Source: a virus. Taken from it: 64,000 nucleotides of DNA. Location of the stretch: positions 53,920 to 117,919 of the IMG/VR virus record IMGVR_UViG_3300027808_000009; one strand, 5' to 3'. The translations under genes were made by a program, and so were the position numbers. The notes beneath the pieces are model-generated. The model ran no database searches and was not told where the DNA came from. It was given only the letters and a program-made list of their open reading frames with translations. Below, one piece after another: positions 39,801 to 49,166 of this stretch. Numbering within the stretch: position 1 is the stretch's first letter; the number at the start of each line of letters is the position of its first letter.

Positions 39801-42800
39801 GGTAAAAACAATGTACCAATTAAAGCTACTAGAAATGGTACTATATCTTTATTAACAAATGATAAAGATAAAGCTATAGCTTATCAAGCTATATATGAAA
39901 GATTTGAAGACAATCTTACATATTTTCAAGATCAACTTGATACTGTAGATGAAGATGACTATAATAAAGTTACTCTTCTTACAGATAAAATAAGAATATT
40001 AAAAGCTGCAATAGATAACTGGGGTGACTCAAAAAGTGGTGTAGTTAAATTCCATATTGATAATAGTACATTTGATTTAATCAAGCAAAACTATATTGAA
40101 ATAGAAGCTGAAGATGAAGTAGATGAAGATGATGATAATACATCTCCTGAAACAGCAAAAGAGTCAGAACAATTTGCTAATAAAGAAGTAGGTGATAAAT
40201 CATTATTACAATTAGCTGAGAAAGAAACTCTTTATATCATAAAAAGTCTATTTAAAATAGCTGATGGTAAACAGGTAATGGGTAAACTTGGTTTTCCTGA
40301 GCTTGCTGATTTTAGTAAAACATGGAATATTGTTACTAAAGTGATTGGTGGTGAGAAAGATCCAGTTAAAATGTATGAAAAACTTGTTGCAGGTATTAAA
40401 AGTTTTCCTGAGTTAAAACAATTAATTGAAAATAAGATACCTGACCCAAGAGAAATACATAACATTGAGGAGTTTAATATTAAAGCTGCTTTCTGGCAAG
40501 ACTTTAAAAAGACTAAACTTAAATATCTTCAATTAACTGTAGATAACCCAGATGGTACTGAATATAAATCTGAGGTTACTGAAGCATCAATTGAGTTTAC
40601 AAATGTTATAAATAAGTTTAAAAGTGAATTTAAAGCATCACCAAAAAGTACTTATATCAATAAAGGTGATGATAACAAATCTATATTAAATCTAGACAAG
40701 GTAATTGCTGATTTTGATGATAAGAGTTTTGATAGTAGAAAATCAATCCAATTTGCAAGAGCAATTGGAATTAACCTACAAGATTTATCTGCATTAAAAA
40801 CAGAACTAGATAATAATAAAGATGATTATGGGATTCAATATTTATTTAATGTAACTAAATCTATACATAAAATAAGTAAAGATCCTAATGCAAGTACTGA
40901 ACATAAAAAGTTTATTAAAAAGTTTTTATCAGATCCAATTGGAGCTTTATATGGTGAAATACCAAAAGGTATCTATAAAGATGTTACATCTGAAAAGAAT
41001 ATAATTCAAAAATTAGCAAAACTACAGAGTGCATTTGGTACTAACTATTCTAGTTTCAGTGTATTAAACCCTGAAAAGAATCTTGTTAATGAGTTTATAG
41101 AAGACAATACTGTAAGTATGATTGTTGACGCAATCAATAATGTTTCTACTGGTAATGCTTTATGGACAAGTGATGAATACCAATACATGAGTTACCTTAA
41201 TCCAGAGATAAATGGATTTACATTACAGTCTCAAATATTAAAAAGTATATTTGAATACAGTAATAATACTTTAAATGAAAGAAAAGGTGATGCTAAGATT
41301 GAATTAGCAATGGTTGCAGGTTCACAAATTGTGGATGAAAAAGGTGCAAATACAACTTCTCTTGATGTACAAAGTAAATACATACAAGAATTAAATATGA
41401 TGCTAAAAGGTGGTATCGTAGAATTCATGAGGCATGCATCTAAGTCTTCATCATTTGGTATGAGATTAGCAAATAGTGTATCAGGTGGTCTTGGTAAAGC
41501 CGATCCTAATAGTAGATTGTATGTAGATATTGATATGTTTGGACCTAATGGTAATGCAGATCAGTATGCTGTTAATAATATATTCATAGGATACATACAG
41601 GCTGAGTTAACTAGAATACAAAAGTTTAAAGGCAATAAAGAATTATTCAAACAGTATAATGGTTACAATAGAAATGTTGGCACTGAAGAAAATCCTATTT
41701 ATGCTGGTGAACAATTTACAGCTTTTGATAATGTATTAAAAGACTTTACTACTACAATAAATGATAAAGAAACTACTACAGATTTAAAACAGTACTTGAT
41801 TGACAATGTAAAAGATGGTGATCTTAAGAATTATTTAAAGTCTAATCCAGAGATTAAAAAAGCTATTACTGAACAAGTAACAAAATATTTTAATGGTCAA
41901 ACAGATAAAAACTATAAACAATTCTCTGAGTCTCCATTCTATGACCCAGCTTTAATGAATAAGCTTAATGTGTTTACAACTTTGGAAAAAGAAGATAAAC
42001 ATAAGTTACTTGTTAAAGCATATACAATGAATGCTTGGATACATAACTTTGAAACAGCAAGTTTAGTATATGGTGATATAGTACAATATAATCATGCTAA
42101 ACAAGAGTTACATAAGAGAAACACGGGTTCTACATCTGGTGGAAGAGGTTTTATGGATGATATTTATACTCAACAGTTTTTAAATAGTGATCTTATTAAG
42201 AAATCATCTTATGCTTTCAAGCTTGCTAATAAAGCAGGATATGGAGCTGATTACAATACTTTTAATTATAGCAATAAATACAACACTGCAATACTTCAAG
42301 ATGTAAGTAGAGATTCAGTATACATTGATCATATTGAAAAAACATTAAGAGCTGATTATATTAAAAGAGGTGTAGCTAAAGATGTTATTGAGTATAGATT
42401 AAAGAAAGAGTTAAAAGCTTATACAAATATGGAAGAAGGTGATGGTCAAGGTTTTATAGCTATTGATGCATACCGTAATTTAAGATTAGCAGAAAAAAGT
42501 TGGAGTGCAGATCAAGAAAAACTATTCCAGGATATTATTAATGAAAAAGAAATCAAAGCAGAAGATGTAGTAAGATTCTTTCCTGTATATAAATTACAAC
42601 ACTTTGGCCATTTAGCTAACACAATGTTACCAGTTAATGCAATGCATAAGTTTGCATTGATGCCATTAATCCCATCAATGATTAAAGGTTCTGACTTAGA
42701 GTCTTTACATCATCAGATGATGAAAGGTAATATACAATATGCTACATTCCAAACTGGATCTAAAACAGGTGGTGTTACATCTCAATTAGATAAAAATGGA

Positions 42801-45800
42801 AAAGCTGTAGCAGATCAAATATATGATGATAAGGGTGTTGAAAAAACATTAAAATCTGATATCAAGTTTACGCCTAATACTATATACTTAGCTAACTTAA
42901 AGAATGTTACAGCAGTACCAACTAAGTATAAAGGTAAAACTGTATTCTCAACTCAGTTAAGAAAACTTATTCTTGAAGGTTTATACCAAGATGGAGAAAT
43001 AGTAAATAAAGATTATGCTCCATATATTAAAGCATATGAAACAGCTATCAAGGATTACACTGATCTTCTTAAAACAGAATTACTTGAGGAGATTGGCTAT
43101 GAGAAAGTAAACGGTAAATATGTAAGTGGTGATATTAGTAAGTTCATGGATGTAGTTCAAAGAGAGCTAGAAAGAAAGGATTTACCAGAGCACTTAATTA
43201 AGTATATACAGGTAGGTAAAGATAATAAGATTACAAAAGATTTGTCTTTACACTTATTAGCTGATGATATTGAAAAAATATTAGTATCTCTTGTAGAAAA
43301 AAGAATAGTAAAACAAAAAGTAAAAGGTGAAGCATTAGTACAGGTAGCAAGTTCTATGTCTAATGGATTGTGGGATTCAGGTTTTAAATTTGATAAAGCA
43401 AATACTAAAGACATAGAGAAATACTTAGGTAGTAATAACTTACCATTTTACTATCCAGGTGAAGATGGTAAAACAACTGCAATGAAAGTTGCTATTGCAT
43501 TACAAGGTGACTTTAAAAATCTCTTAAAGCTTAACCATATTGATAAAAAACCTATTGGTACAAGAGAAAGATTAAATGAGATGATCAAGAATGATGAGTG
43601 GTTGAATAAAGGTAATAACCGTAAAGCAATCACTATGACAGCTGTAAGGATTCCAGTACAAGGATTAAACTCTATGGAGTTTATGGAAGTGTATGAATTC
43701 TTAGATCCGTCTGCAGGTAACATTATTATTCCTCCATCAGAAATAGTTGCTAAGTCAGGAGCAGATTTTGACGTTGATAAGCTTACTACTTTCATGCCTA
43801 ATATAGATGCAGAAGGTCACTATATAGAAACAAGCATGGATGCTAAGAAATTAGAGACTCAGATTAATGCAGCTAAGAAGAGTGGTGATAAAGGTGAGAT
43901 GAAAAGATTAATCAAAATGCAAAAAGCTGCATTAGAAAATAGATTAATTGATTCAATCAGAGGTATTCTTGAGTTACCAGATAACTATGCTACATTAGTA
44001 AGACCAAATGACACTTACTTATTAAAAGATATAGCTGATGAACTTGTTAATTCATCTCCTGAATATAAAGAATTTAAAACTATTAGTCCAACAAATGTAT
44101 TAGAGGTAGGTTATAACTTACACAAACATGAGGCTAATATGATTGGTAAAGATGTATTAGGTATTATTGCATTAGAAAATGCATTACATCCGTTGCTTAC
44201 ATCATTAGGTGCAGCATTACCAAAAACATATAAACATCAAACATGGGATGATGAGAATAAAAGATATGTTGAAGTACCAGAGATAGATTATGAAATGAGA
44301 TTACTACTTAATCATAATAAAACAAATGATGGTAGAATATCTTTATCAAAAATTAACAGTTCTGATAACCAGGATAAGATTGCGGATTTAATATCTCACT
44401 TGATGAATGGATCTGTGGATGTTGAGAAAGATGCATGGATATTCTTTATTCAAGCTAATAAAGAAATTGTACCTGTATTACTTTCATTATTAAAAGCAGG
44501 TGTACCTAAAAGAGAAGCTATCTATTTTGTGTCTCAACCATTAGTAAAAGAGTATGCAAGACAACAAAGATTAATAGGTAGTGCTTTTGCTAATGTTACT
44601 GAAAATGGTGTGTTACCTAATGAAAATGAAAAATATATAGCATTACAAAATACATTAGCTGTATCAGGAATAAGTTTTAGATATCCATACTTATCTAGAG
44701 ATGCAAGTAACTTAAAAATGTTTGATGCTCTTAAAGCTACTAAAGATAAGGTAAAAGTTAAATTTAAAGATAATAGTTTTAAAGTTTTTGCACCAAAAGA
44801 ATTACTTAAAGCAATTGCTAATAATACTATTAAAAAGAATAACATATCTGATATATATAATGCAGTAGTAAAATATAAATTAGATGAAGAGGGTAATCCT
44901 GAGTTAGATCCGTATACTGGTGACAAAATTCAAATACCTTTATATAAAAAGGTTAGGGCATCTCATTTACTTTCAAATGACAACTGGTATTATGTTACAC
45001 AAGTTTTAACAAAAGATGTTAATAAATTTAGTGAAGCTGAATTAAAAACAAATATTGATAATAATGATTTTATCAGTGATTCTGCAATAAGAGCATTCTT
45101 ACACTTTATTGAATTTGAGAAAGAGATAAAAGGCTTATCTAATTTAAAAAGACAAGCTAATCCTGATACTAAGACTTCAAAAACAATACAGGAAGTAACA
45201 CAAAAGTCTTTATCACTTGAAGAAGCTGCAGATTCATCTAAAATAGAACCTGAATTAGCAAGAAAGCTCCAAGACGAATCTATATTAGGTACCTTCTTTG
45301 ATAAAATGATTATTACAGATATAGTATCACCATTATTTAATGTAACAAATAATAAAAATGTATCAGATCACATGGTTAAAACCATTACAAGAAAAGGTGG
45401 TCAAATAACTACTAAATTTGGTGAAGGTAAAGATGGTGTTGAAGCATACATAACTGCATACAAAAATGCAATAGTGAATTATATCTATCAGAATAAACTA
45501 AACAATATTATCACTACTGAGGAATCTTTCCCTGGAATACCAGAGTCATTTACAGATATAGACTCAAAAGAGTATATTGATAATTTTATGATAATGTTGA
45601 GTGAGCATTCTCACTTAAAAGAATTGTATCCTATACTTGAACAAATTACTGATATACCAGTAAAAAGTAAGAAAAAAACTGCTGTAGGTACAGAAACTAT
45701 ATATACTGCAACATTAACATTAAATAATAAATCTGCTGTTAAAGGTGCATTAGCCGAGGCTTATCACCAAAACTTAGTTGATCTTGCTGATGATAATATT

Positions 45801-48800
45801 ATTAAAGTAAATGATCCGGAGCAAAACAAAGAGATATCAGACATGTTTAAAATGTTACCTCTTATGTCTATTCTACAAAATGGAGTAGGTAGTACTAAAT
45901 ATGGTTTAAGTTATGTCTTACCAGATACTACATTCTTTGAAATAATAGAGCCTGCATCAAGAGAATTTTTAGCTTTAGATTCTGAGTCAAAAGATAAAAC
46001 ATTAGATATAATAGATAATTTATTATTTGAAAATGGTGTTGGTCAAAATAATTATATTTTATCAAGAGCTTCACGCAAAGCTTCTAACATAAAAGATACA
46101 GATGTTGATATAGAAGTTGAAAATGAAAAATATGTACCTAAAGGTGTAGGATTTGCTGGTGGTCAAGGTATGACTTTTGGTGCTAAACCGTCTACTAGTG
46201 TTAATAGTAATGATATATATTCTCAATTAGAAAATAAAAATGTAGTTATTTCTAACATTAAAACTAAAGATGGTAAATATGATAGGGATGCTAATATAAA
46301 AGAAGCAAAAGCTAATAATAGAGTTTATACTATGGAAATGGTTAGTGATATAAATAGTTTTAGTAATCCTTGGGCTCATTTTATTAGAACAGGTACTATA
46401 AAAACTAATACTACCAAAGAAGCAGTTATAAATTATATTGATTGGTTAACTACTGATAAATTTAAAGATGTTAAACCAAAAAGAAAAGCATTTATTCTAG
46501 ATGTTTTAAAATCAGGTAAATTAAAAGGAAGACAACTGCAATATTATGCAGAACTTGGAGAACCGTCTCATGCTATAGCTTTAGATTATTTAATTAATAA
46601 ATATGATTGGAATACTCAACAACAACAAGATGTTACAAGTAAAATTAATTTTGAAGAAAATCAAACTGGTGGTTATCCAGCTAGAACTAGAATTAATGCT
46701 TCTGCTGATGCAACAATACATATAGCAGATAACTTTGAAACTCCTGGTGAAAAGCTTACTGAAAAATCTGTAAAAGAACAAGGTAAGGTTTATAGAGCAA
46801 TAGAAACAAATGGTATACCTTTGAATGCAATTAGTAAAGATACTGTGTCATTAGCAATCAATAATATTGTAAAAATATTAAATACTGTAAATGCAAAAAG
46901 TTTAAATATTGCAGGGAATGGTATATATGATATGAAAGGCCGTACTCAAGAAGAAGTTGATAAATTTACTTATGACTTACTAAATGGTATAGTTAATTCA
47001 CCAAACCTTAAAAACAAAATCACATTAATAAGAAGTGGTGGTCAAACAGGATTTGATGAAGCAGGTGCAAAAGCGGGTATGAAATTAGGTATCCCTACTA
47101 CAGTATTAGCACCAAAAGATTGGGAGTTTAGAACTAATGAAGGTAATGTTAAAAATGAACAAGCTTTTAAAGCTAGATTTAATACTCAACAACAAGCTCC
47201 AGTTAATATAAAAACAATATCTGAACCATATGGTGTTGTATCAGTAGAAACTAATCCAACTGATTCTAAAACAAAAGAGTTTATTAGTTTACTACAACCA
47301 CAGATTAAAAAACAAGCTTATCAAGAAAATGTAACTGGTAATAAAATGTTTATGTATGGTTTAAGATGGACAAGAAAAGGTAAAGCTACTAAACCATTAA
47401 ATAATAAAAGCTATGCTAATAAGGGATTACCAATTACTGATGCATTAGCAACTGATGGTTATGTTTATGATACTGTAGATCAAAATGGAAATCAATTAGC
47501 ACCTCTTTCAAATTTACAACCAATTATAAATGAGATACAAAATACATTAGGTATTGATATGTCAAATTATGATGCTGTAATTGGTAATATTTATTTGCCG
47601 GGACAGAGAATTGCAACTCATAGAGATACTACTGAAAGTTTAAGTGCTAGAAATTATCCTGTAGTAGTTTATACTATTGGTGCAGGTAACGCTATAAATA
47701 TTTATGAAAATCAAAAAACACCTGGTTCTGCCTCATTTGCTTCTGACAAGAAAACATCAATACCTACTCAAAATGGTAGTATATACACCTTTGGTATGGG
47801 TGGTAAAGGAAGATTTGAATTAGGTCATGATACTCCACATGCGATTCAGAAAGGTGATACCTTAATACCTATTACAATGCCTGACGGTACAGTGATTAAA
47901 GACTATACTATTACACTTACATTTAGAAGAGCTGCTGACTTAGAACCAGGAATGCCAACAGCACCTGTTAAAATATCTACTCAATCATCTACTAGTGTTG
48001 AAGCTAAACAAGAAAGAATAAAAAAAGTAATTCCAAATACTATAGTTGATAAATTAAAGGGTTATACATTTAATTTACAAGAACTAAATAATGTTAAAAA
48101 GATATTTGAAAATACAAATCCATTTAATACAGATCCATTAGATTCAGAAACTATAAAAGATGGAAGAGTTTTTGAAGATCCAGGTCTTAGAGAGTATGGA
48201 ATGAGTGATCAACAATATAGTTGGGCAAAAAATAATGAACCTATATTGAGTAAACTTAATGAACTATTATACACTGATGAGTACTCAGCAATAAATTTTG
48301 AGGACTTAGTCTCTATGTTAATTGATGATAATACAAAGTTAGTAGATACTGCACAGACTAGTTTATTTGATGATGAATCTATTCAACAACAAGCTCCAGT
48401 AACTGAAGTTAAAGAAGAAAATAATACTGTTACATATAAACCTACAGGTAAAGAAAAACAAACTTATACTGTTTTAAATAATCAGATCTTTAATAAAAAT
48501 GGTGATGAAGTATTTAAAGAAGCTAGTGTAGACAGAAATAAAATCCTTGCTAATCTTGCAGTTAAAGAAGGTAGAGCAGTTATAGTAGAATATAAAACAT
48601 ACACAAATAAAGAAGGTGTTGATGTACCAGCTAAATACGTTGTTAATAATAAAGATGTAATTATATCTGTTAGAACAGGTGATATAATGAAATGGCCTGA
48701 GAATAATGGTGATAGAAAAGCTGTCATTGCTCTTGCAAAAGCTGCATTTGCTGAAGCTGCCTCTGAAGAACCAGAGATAACTCAAGACATGGAAGCATTC

Positions 48801-49166
48801 AATGCTGAAGTAACTAAACAAGGTAAGTTACCTACAGAGTTTATAGTTGATCAAAGAAAATGGGTATTAAATAATATGAAACTTTATGATCTAGTTGACA
48901 AATCTACAGGTATGATGTTTATGAAAAACATGAATATGTTTACAGGTGCTCAAGTAGAAGAAATTCCATCTAATAAACCAGTTAATAGAAAACAATTAAT
49001 TAACTTTGAGAAACAATTAGCAAGTGGTATTACAAGTTACAAATTAGATCAAATACTTGCAGTTAAAGGAATAAGTGTTGATGATATATATAATGATATT
49101 AGGAATATTACAACTCAGAGTCAATTGAATGATAAAATAAATAAAATACTTAAAGCAATATGTTAA
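36816..49166 (+). CDS. virion-packaged single-chain RNA polymerase (crAss-like vRNAP) with zincin and accessory domains
   Basis: 4116 aa; DLYHEAWH zincin motif (~39300), AVRIPVQ and catalytic GADFDVDK (43764-43781) as in phi14:2 gp66-type RNAPs; C-terminal DUF4326-like, SLOG-like and AlkB-like domains. Confidence 0.9.
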   Translation: MNITCALTKTQIEKLFAKIYRDLFDSLNDNKSVDVKSYMQTLFNTIESKSDADKAATFLQNVPSLLHTAIGDYSLARLEIDDSSIRPLINKFLNPETGLLDVLQYFRPKDIIKEIQNDVNIKNNSINSPKFTEDADVPVSPRYKASSAFTTTMQQFITRDPNNNLTIEEIDPNKVRIYNTLEKLKKAFNSKDNSVLNPKYQGRLLKLKGVRLDSVAASLDKTTAALLVKANSIKKKGGVNFLEDAIILMVTDEFGTPINFSKEGDITSKEEGGKPVYQFLRNVTVDEETGDYTIKDIYGKEERIQSVEDQITNYGSSIYGTKSLNEFKQVLEAEGESYDDLYNDLKQQQQADFKALLDVHKEILKEKEKLFDIMDVSAGIPLDFTGGNMPLNDFLKLTDNLNTNYKFTTLRTERDDIKAGNTVISINDYEIPVDRKNMSADLINKIAAALVSSKMDGREKYAFYDQFSHNNINFDDKKLFVVYKPESGLEVSYKEDTKNPKREIVDLTNKEIAKAIIIKALGTERGTASKPYSANMKINADLLEKSTQFFDYDLLKDEPVEASYREFLSKVNPTVKFKNNEPGVYNSYFAFRVNDNLSKELKKAKEKVQEKTYTTDSYIRQAKDALLLKLTENKNISGTVTGSVTKTTFIIQVDGKSVQGRFEEGLSITSVPTNYTVRFSVGEAIVDGKRITDVISIYAGDKKIGQVSETDYKAGEKPRTYEDAKIADEKVINPIDVPQPSDKKGKRSGISKLWDRSSKLPSDVTREEVDAAQEWWENSPLSKFIELEHMANIVNSDVYARFIISGKRLEDTKIQLDTATGGSAVDLYHEAWHAFSQLYLTKDQKTKLYAETRKRLNNNDLTPLEVEEIIAEDFRTYAKNPKPTGDAPIRNTLFRKIWNFIKALFGKRNTKDELFKELFFASKNPKLLNKYAPLVDNAMFDILNRDRGILNVETKELELSFQDSMTVSSQIDSALSELIDEIYTDRVEREKQGEVGKNNVPIKATRNGTISLLTNDKDKAIAYQAIYERFEDNLTYFQDQLDTVDEDDYNKVTLLTDKIRILKAAIDNWGDSKSGVVKFHIDNSTFDLIKQNYIEIEAEDEVDEDDDNTSPETAKESEQFANKEVGDKSLLQLAEKETLYIIKSLFKIADGKQVMGKLGFPELADFSKTWNIVTKVIGGEKDPVKMYEKLVAGIKSFPELKQLIENKIPDPREIHNIEEFNIKAAFWQDFKKTKLKYLQLTVDNPDGTEYKSEVTEASIEFTNVINKFKSEFKASPKSTYINKGDDNKSILNLDKVIADFDDKSFDSRKSIQFARAIGINLQDLSALKTELDNNKDDYGIQYLFNVTKSIHKISKDPNASTEHKKFIKKFLSDPIGALYGEIPKGIYKDVTSEKNIIQKLAKLQSAFGTNYSSFSVLNPEKNLVNEFIEDNTVSMIVDAINNVSTGNALWTSDEYQYMSYLNPEINGFTLQSQILKSIFEYSNNTLNERKGDAKIELAMVAGSQIVDEKGANTTSLDVQSKYIQELNMMLKGGIVEFMRHASKSSSFGMRLANSVSGGLGKADPNSRLYVDIDMFGPNGNADQYAVNNIFIGYIQAELTRIQKFKGNKELFKQYNGYNRNVGTEENPIYAGEQFTAFDNVLKDFTTTINDKETTTDLKQYLIDNVKDGDLKNYLKSNPEIKKAITEQVTKYFNGQTDKNYKQFSESPFYDPALMNKLNVFTTLEKEDKHKLLVKAYTMNAWIHNFETASLVYGDIVQYNHAKQELHKRNTGSTSGGRGFMDDIYTQQFLNSDLIKKSSYAFKLANKAGYGADYNTFNYSNKYNTAILQDVSRDSVYIDHIEKTLRADYIKRGVAKDVIEYRLKKELKAYTNMEEGDGQGFIAIDAYRNLRLAEKSWSADQEKLFQDIINEKEIKAEDVVRFFPVYKLQHFGHLANTMLPVNAMHKFALMPLIPSMIKGSDLESLHHQMMKGNIQYATFQTGSKTGGVTSQLDKNGKAVADQIYDDKGVEKTLKSDIKFTPNTIYLANLKNVTAVPTKYKGKTVFSTQLRKLILEGLYQDGEIVNKDYAPYIKAYETAIKDYTDLLKTELLEEIGYEKVNGKYVSGDISKFMDVVQRELERKDLPEHLIKYIQVGKDNKITKDLSLHLLADDIEKILVSLVEKRIVKQKVKGEALVQVASSMSNGLWDSGFKFDKANTKDIEKYLGSNNLPFYYPGEDGKTTAMKVAIALQGDFKNLLKLNHIDKKPIGTRERLNEMIKNDEWLNKGNNRKAITMTAVRIPVQGLNSMEFMEVYEFLDPSAGNIIIPPSEIVAKSGADFDVDKLTTFMPNIDAEGHYIETSMDAKKLETQINAAKKSGDKGEMKRLIKMQKAALENRLIDSIRGILELPDNYATLVRPNDTYLLKDIADELVNSSPEYKEFKTISPTNVLEVGYNLHKHEANMIGKDVLGIIALENALHPLLTSLGAALPKTYKHQTWDDENKRYVEVPEIDYEMRLLLNHNKTNDGRISLSKINSSDNQDKIADLISHLMNGSVDVEKDAWIFFIQANKEIVPVLLSLLKAGVPKREAIYFVSQPLVKEYARQQRLIGSAFANVTENGVLPNENEKYIALQNTLAVSGISFRYPYLSRDASNLKMFDALKATKDKVKVKFKDNSFKVFAPKELLKAIANNTIKKNNISDIYNAVVKYKLDEEGNPELDPYTGDKIQIPLYKKVRASHLLSNDNWYYVTQVLTKDVNKFSEAELKTNIDNNDFISDSAIRAFLHFIEFEKEIKGLSNLKRQANPDTKTSKTIQEVTQKSLSLEEAADSSKIEPELARKLQDESILGTFFDKMIITDIVSPLFNVTNNKNVSDHMVKTITRKGGQITTKFGEGKDGVEAYITAYKNAIVNYIYQNKLNNIITTEESFPGIPESFTDIDSKEYIDNFMIMLSEHSHLKELYPILEQITDIPVKSKKKTAVGTETIYTATLTLNNKSAVKGALAEAYHQNLVDLADDNIIKVNDPEQNKEISDMFKMLPLMSILQNGVGSTKYGLSYVLPDTTFFEIIEPASREFLALDSESKDKTLDIIDNLLFENGVGQNNYILSRASRKASNIKDTDVDIEVENEKYVPKGVGFAGGQGMTFGAKPSTSVNSNDIYSQLENKNVVISNIKTKDGKYDRDANIKEAKANNRVYTMEMVSDINSFSNPWAHFIRTGTIKTNTTKEAVINYIDWLTTDKFKDVKPKRKAFILDVLKSGKLKGRQLQYYAELGEPSHAIALDYLINKYDWNTQQQQDVTSKINFEENQTGGYPARTRINASADATIHIADNFETPGEKLTEKSVKEQGKVYRAIETNGIPLNAISKDTVSLAINNIVKILNTVNAKSLNIAGNGIYDMKGRTQEEVDKFTYDLLNGIVNSPNLKNKITLIRSGGQTGFDEAGAKAGMKLGIPTTVLAPKDWEFRTNEGNVKNEQAFKARFNTQQQAPVNIKTISEPYGVVSVETNPTDSKTKEFISLLQPQIKKQAYQENVTGNKMFMYGLRWTRKGKATKPLNNKSYANKGLPITDALATDGYVYDTVDQNGNQLAPLSNLQPIINEIQNTLGIDMSNYDAVIGNIYLPGQRIATHRDTTESLSARNYPVVVYTIGAGNAINIYENQKTPGSASFASDKKTSIPTQNGSIYTFGMGGKGRFELGHDTPHAIQKGDTLIPITMPDGTVIKDYTITLTFRRAADLEPGMPTAPVKISTQSSTSVEAKQERIKKVIPNTIVDKLKGYTFNLQELNNVKKIFENTNPFNTDPLDSETIKDGRVFEDPGLREYGMSDQQYSWAKNNEPILSKLNELLYTDEYSAINFEDLVSMLIDDNTKLVDTAQTSLFDDESIQQQAPVTEVKEENNTVTYKPTGKEKQTYTVLNNQIFNKNGDEVFKEASVDRNKILANLAVKEGRAVIVEYKTYTNKEGVDVPAKYVVNNKDVIISVRTGDIMKWPENNGDRKAVIALAKAAFAEAASEEPEITQDMEAFNAEVTKQGKLPTEFIVDQRKWVLNNMKLYDLVDKSTGMMFMKNMNMFTGAQVEEIPSNKPVNRKQLINFEKQLASGITSYKLDQILAVKGISVDDIYNDIRNITTQSQLNDKINKILKAIC
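46191..48400 (+). repeat. intragenic linker repeats in the vRNAP gene
   Basis: TCTACTAGTGTT at 46191 and 47988; AATACTCAACAACAA at 46611 and 47181; TCAACAACAAGCTCCAGT at 47186 and 48383. Confidence 0.75.

Noticed and set aside
35498-48400. CRISPR array interpretation of the dispersed repeats
   Set aside because: Repeats are 12-19 bp, irregularly spaced, in-frame within coding sequence, and no cas genes are present
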